DNA of 64,000 nucleotides from Deltaproteobacteria bacterium (GTDB lineage Bacteria; Bdellovibrionota_B; Oligoflexia; Oligoflexales; Bog-1112): NCBI GenBank assembly GCA_016186945.1, contig JACPKR010000038.1, positions 15,472 to 79,471 of the forward strand, read 5' to 3'. Shown piece by piece: positions 61,752 to 64,000 of this stretch (position 1 is its first letter; each line of letters starts with the position of its first letter). The notes under the pieces were generated by a model. It saw only the letters and a program-made list of their open reading frames with translations, ran no database searches and was not told where the DNA came from. The position numbers and the translations under genes were made by a program.

Positions 61752-62801
61752 TTAAAAAATCCTTTGTTTCAGTTTCCTTACACGTTGGAGAGAGGCTTCC
61801 AGATCGGCCTCGGAAAGGCTTCCTTTTTCCAAGAGTTCGAGCACGGAAGCTCTGAAAAAAGAGGGAAGATCAGGGTTAGCGGCAAATTTGGCGATGCGGG
61901 GAGCAGCTTGCGGGTTCTTGCTGAAAAGAACCATGTCGTTACCCGCTCGCAGGGCTTTGTCGATTACGGTCGTGGGATCCCTATACTGTTCCTGAATTGC
62001 ACCCATATGCAAGTCATCGACGATCACTACCCCGTCAAAGTGGAATGTTTCGCGCAGGATCGGCCGGATCAGGGCCGACGAGAGGGAAAGCGGGGCGTCA
62101 TCGAAAGATTGGTGCATGAGATGAGCGGTCATAACCATGTCAGCGGATCCTTTGTCGATCAGAATTCGAAACGGTTCACATTCGCGTTCTGTCCAGACAT
62201 CAGTGATGTCTACCATTCCAAGGTGGCTATCTTTTTGGGCGGAACCATGTCCTGGAAAATGTTTGAGGCATGTTAAAACTCCTGCCTCATGATGTGCGTT
62301 TACAAGAGCGTCCGCGAAGGCTACGACCTTTGCAGTATCGTCCCCAAAGCTTCTACCCAAGCCGCTGATGACAGGGCAAGCTAGGTCAAGGTCGACGCAG
62401 GGGGCGAAGTTTAGGTTAAAACCAAACTTTCGTAATTCGAGGGCGAGTTCAAGATAATAGGTCTGCGCCTCTTCTGGACGGAGGCGTTGGCCTATTTCAT
62501 GGGGCGTGAGGTAGTCTCGAAAACCCTTTTTTGCCTGCAACCTTTGAACACTTCCCCCTTCTTGGTCGATGGCAATCAAAAGGGGCAGGTCAGCCGGTGC
62601 TGCCTGGGCCAAGGCCAGCGTCAAGTCGCGGACTTGGCGCGGGGAGATGATATTGTGCCCAAAGAGGATCACCCCCCCGACCTCAGCTTCCCTGATTTGC
62701 TTTAATAGGATTTTGACTGAGGAGTCTTGAGGGGATGTCCCTTCAAAGCCGACGATAAGAAGTTGACCAAGATTTTTCACACTCGTTGCTCCTTGCCACA
62801 A
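61752..62801 (-). CDS. nagZ: beta-N-acetylhexosaminidase (GH3, NagZ-like)
   Basis: GGVILFGHN, IDQEGG.VQR and KHFPGHG motifs. About 350 aa, a single GH3 N-domain. Confidence 0.8.
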   Translation of the reverse strand: MWQGATSVKNLGQLLIVGFEGTSPQDSSVKILLKQIREAEVGGVILFGHNIISPRQVRDLTLALAQAAPADLPLLIAIDQEGGSVQRLQAKKGFRDYLTPHEIGQRLRPEEAQTYYLELALELRKFGFNLNFAPCVDLDLACPVISGLGRSFGDDTAKVVAFADALVNAHHEAGVLTCLKHFPGHGSAQKDSHLGMVDITDVWTERECEPFRILIDKGSADMVMTAHLMHQSFDDAPLSLSSALIRPILRETFHFDGVVIVDDLHMGAIQEQYRDPTTVIDKALRAGNDMVLFSKNPQAAPRIAKFAANPDLPSFFRASVLELLEKGSLSEADLEASLQRVRKLKQRIF

Positions 62802-62831
62802 GCGGGTATGATATTGTACCTTTGCGTTCCT

Positions 62832-63995
62832 ATGGACAAAAAACCTTCACAATTGATTTCAGGCTTGCGTCTATGTTTTCTTGCTCTGACACTAGTCTCG
62901 TCAGTTCCGGCCTTTGCTCTCGAAAGGAAGGAAATCTTCTGCCTTTTAAACGATCAGGGGACCAGGCTCCAGCATTGCTTCCTTATCATTGTAGAAGAAT
63001 CAACGAATAATTTACATGAAGAGCAGGACGATGAGCCAGCTAAACATCCTGACGTTCCGCTTAGGGATGATTTTTCAAGAGAGCAAAATCCAGGTGGTAT
63101 GTGTTTGAGTCCCATCATTTGTAACATGTCGTCCTGCTTCACAGAGGTTGACTCTTTAGGTTTTATCATGGGTACGAACACACGGATCGATCATTTCGTC
63201 AGGTCAAATTCAGATTGTGGTTCTAAGGGGAACCGTTCCCCACAAGTAACCATAAACGAGGTCGCTCTAAAGGAAAAAGCAGAGTTTGGAATCAAAACTG
63301 TAAATTTCCTATCGAAAGTTTGTCGCATTGTCCTGCGTTCCCTGGGACATTATAAAATTGCGGCGACATGTTCCCTGGTGAAACTTGCTGGCGATGTGAT
63401 TGAGGATCATGAAGAATATTGGGATACGAAACGAAAACCTGTCTTTGTCATTTTGAGTGCTGGCCACGAGTATCTCACTTTAAGTGAGAATGACTTTCTA
63501 GGTTTCGATCCGACTACTTACACAAAACTTGCGAGTAAAGTCTTGATGGACTTGGATAAGAATCTGGATAAGCAGGATCGCATTATTTCTGAAGCAGACG
63601 AAAAATACCTTGCAAAATTTGGGTTTAACCTGGCCATTCTATTCACGGTCGGGAAAACTGTAGCCATTGCCTTAGGGAAATATCAAGTTGCCGGTATCAT
63701 GGCAGGTGGTGCTTTGCTTGAGGATATTCTGGCAATTGGTTATGAAGGCGTCTGGTCGGGAAAGACAAACAGCAAACAGTGCCGGGACAAAGCCAACCTC
63801 AATCTCTGGTACTTCGTCAACCATGCCTTACAGGCGAGTCTTACCTATAGGTCGGGTTATAAAAGCCCCTGGCTGACAACGGCCTTCATTGTCGAGTTAA
63901 TGGGAGAATTTTCCTTTCGCGAGCTTTATTGCCGACAGTGGGTATGGAATATGTTGGCCGGTTTGATGCCGTCGTTTGAAACTAACGAAGGCTAA
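62832..63995 (+). CDS. hypothetical secreted/membrane protein
   Basis: ATG at 62832 gives a signal peptide (LRLCFLALTLVSSVPAFA). C-terminal Gly/Ala-rich hydrophobic helices. No family recognised. Confidence 0.45.
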   Translation: MDKKPSQLISGLRLCFLALTLVSSVPAFALERKEIFCLLNDQGTRLQHCFLIIVEESTNNLHEEQDDEPAKHPDVPLRDDFSREQNPGGMCLSPIICNMSSCFTEVDSLGFIMGTNTRIDHFVRSNSDCGSKGNRSPQVTINEVALKEKAEFGIKTVNFLSKVCRIVLRSLGHYKIAATCSLVKLAGDVIEDHEEYWDTKRKPVFVILSAGHEYLTLSENDFLGFDPTTYTKLASKVLMDLDKNLDKQDRIISEADEKYLAKFGFNLAILFTVGKTVAIALGKYQVAGIMAGGALLEDILAIGYEGVWSGKTNSKQCRDKANLNLWYFVNHALQASLTYRSGYKSPWLTTAFIVELMGEFSFRELYCRQWVWNMLAGLMPSFETNEG

Positions 63996-64000
63996 AGACG

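Noticed and set aside
1-64000. Looked for rRNA, tRNA, tmRNA, RNase P, SRP RNA, transposase, integrase and phage genes
   Set aside because: I found no characteristic conserved strings (e.g. GGTTCGAATCC T-arms, tmRNA or RNase P cores) and no DDE, tyrosine- or serine-recombinase-like ORFs. Visual scanning can miss divergent RNAs.

Overview
A 64-kb chromosomal segment from a Gram-negative bacterium, judged from a FadL-type outer-membrane protein, many lipobox lipoproteins and a GspC-like PDZ protein. The gene content loosely recalls Bdellovibrionota/Oligoflexia-like organisms, but taxonomy cannot be established from this sequence. I call about 55 protein genes. Most are housekeeping or envelope functions: the NfeD/SPFH pair, 5'-nucleotidase, a Ser/Thr kinase, prfC, glnS, a GH1 glycosidase, nhaC, an alkB-like monooxygenase, folP, mqnD, a PhoD-like phosphatase, a 5-gene Opp/Dpp ABC operon, a KAS enzyme, a pectin-acetylesterase-like protein, a LOG-family protein, thpR, a VTC/DUF4956 pair, tex, ndk, pcm, mpg, an IHF-like protein, an orphan DNA methyltransferase and nagZ. 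Several lineage-specific secreted or lipoprotein genes of unknown function are interspersed. I saw no rRNA, tRNA, CRISPR array, transposase, integrase or phage genes. The most unusual content is intergenic, and by my manual count roughly 3 kb (about 5%) of the window is repeat DNA. (1) A 120-165 bp element with terminal inverted repeats (MITE-1) occurs at 16 loci. Its conserved hairpin core contains a perfect extended Shine-Dalgarno sequence (AAGGAGGTG) and its complement. One locus carries a 5-copy 45-bp tandem amplification of the left arm. (2) A ~165 bp AT-rich multi-hairpin element (MITE-2) occurs at 6 loci, each flanked by TA dinucleotides. (3) A 16-unit 21/22-bp A-tract-phased tandem array lies just upstream of the ndk promoter region and is seeded by a third small REP-like hairpin. 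These elements supply stop codons and terminal residues to several genes and bracket two candidate accessory modules. The protein-level leads are a paralogous lipoprotein pair with a His...Asn-Cys (permuted papain/LRAT-like) motif, a secreted protein with protein-kinase-like catalytic motifs, and a BrnT/BrnA-like toxin-antitoxin pair. All functional calls rest on motifs read by eye; no database search was run.
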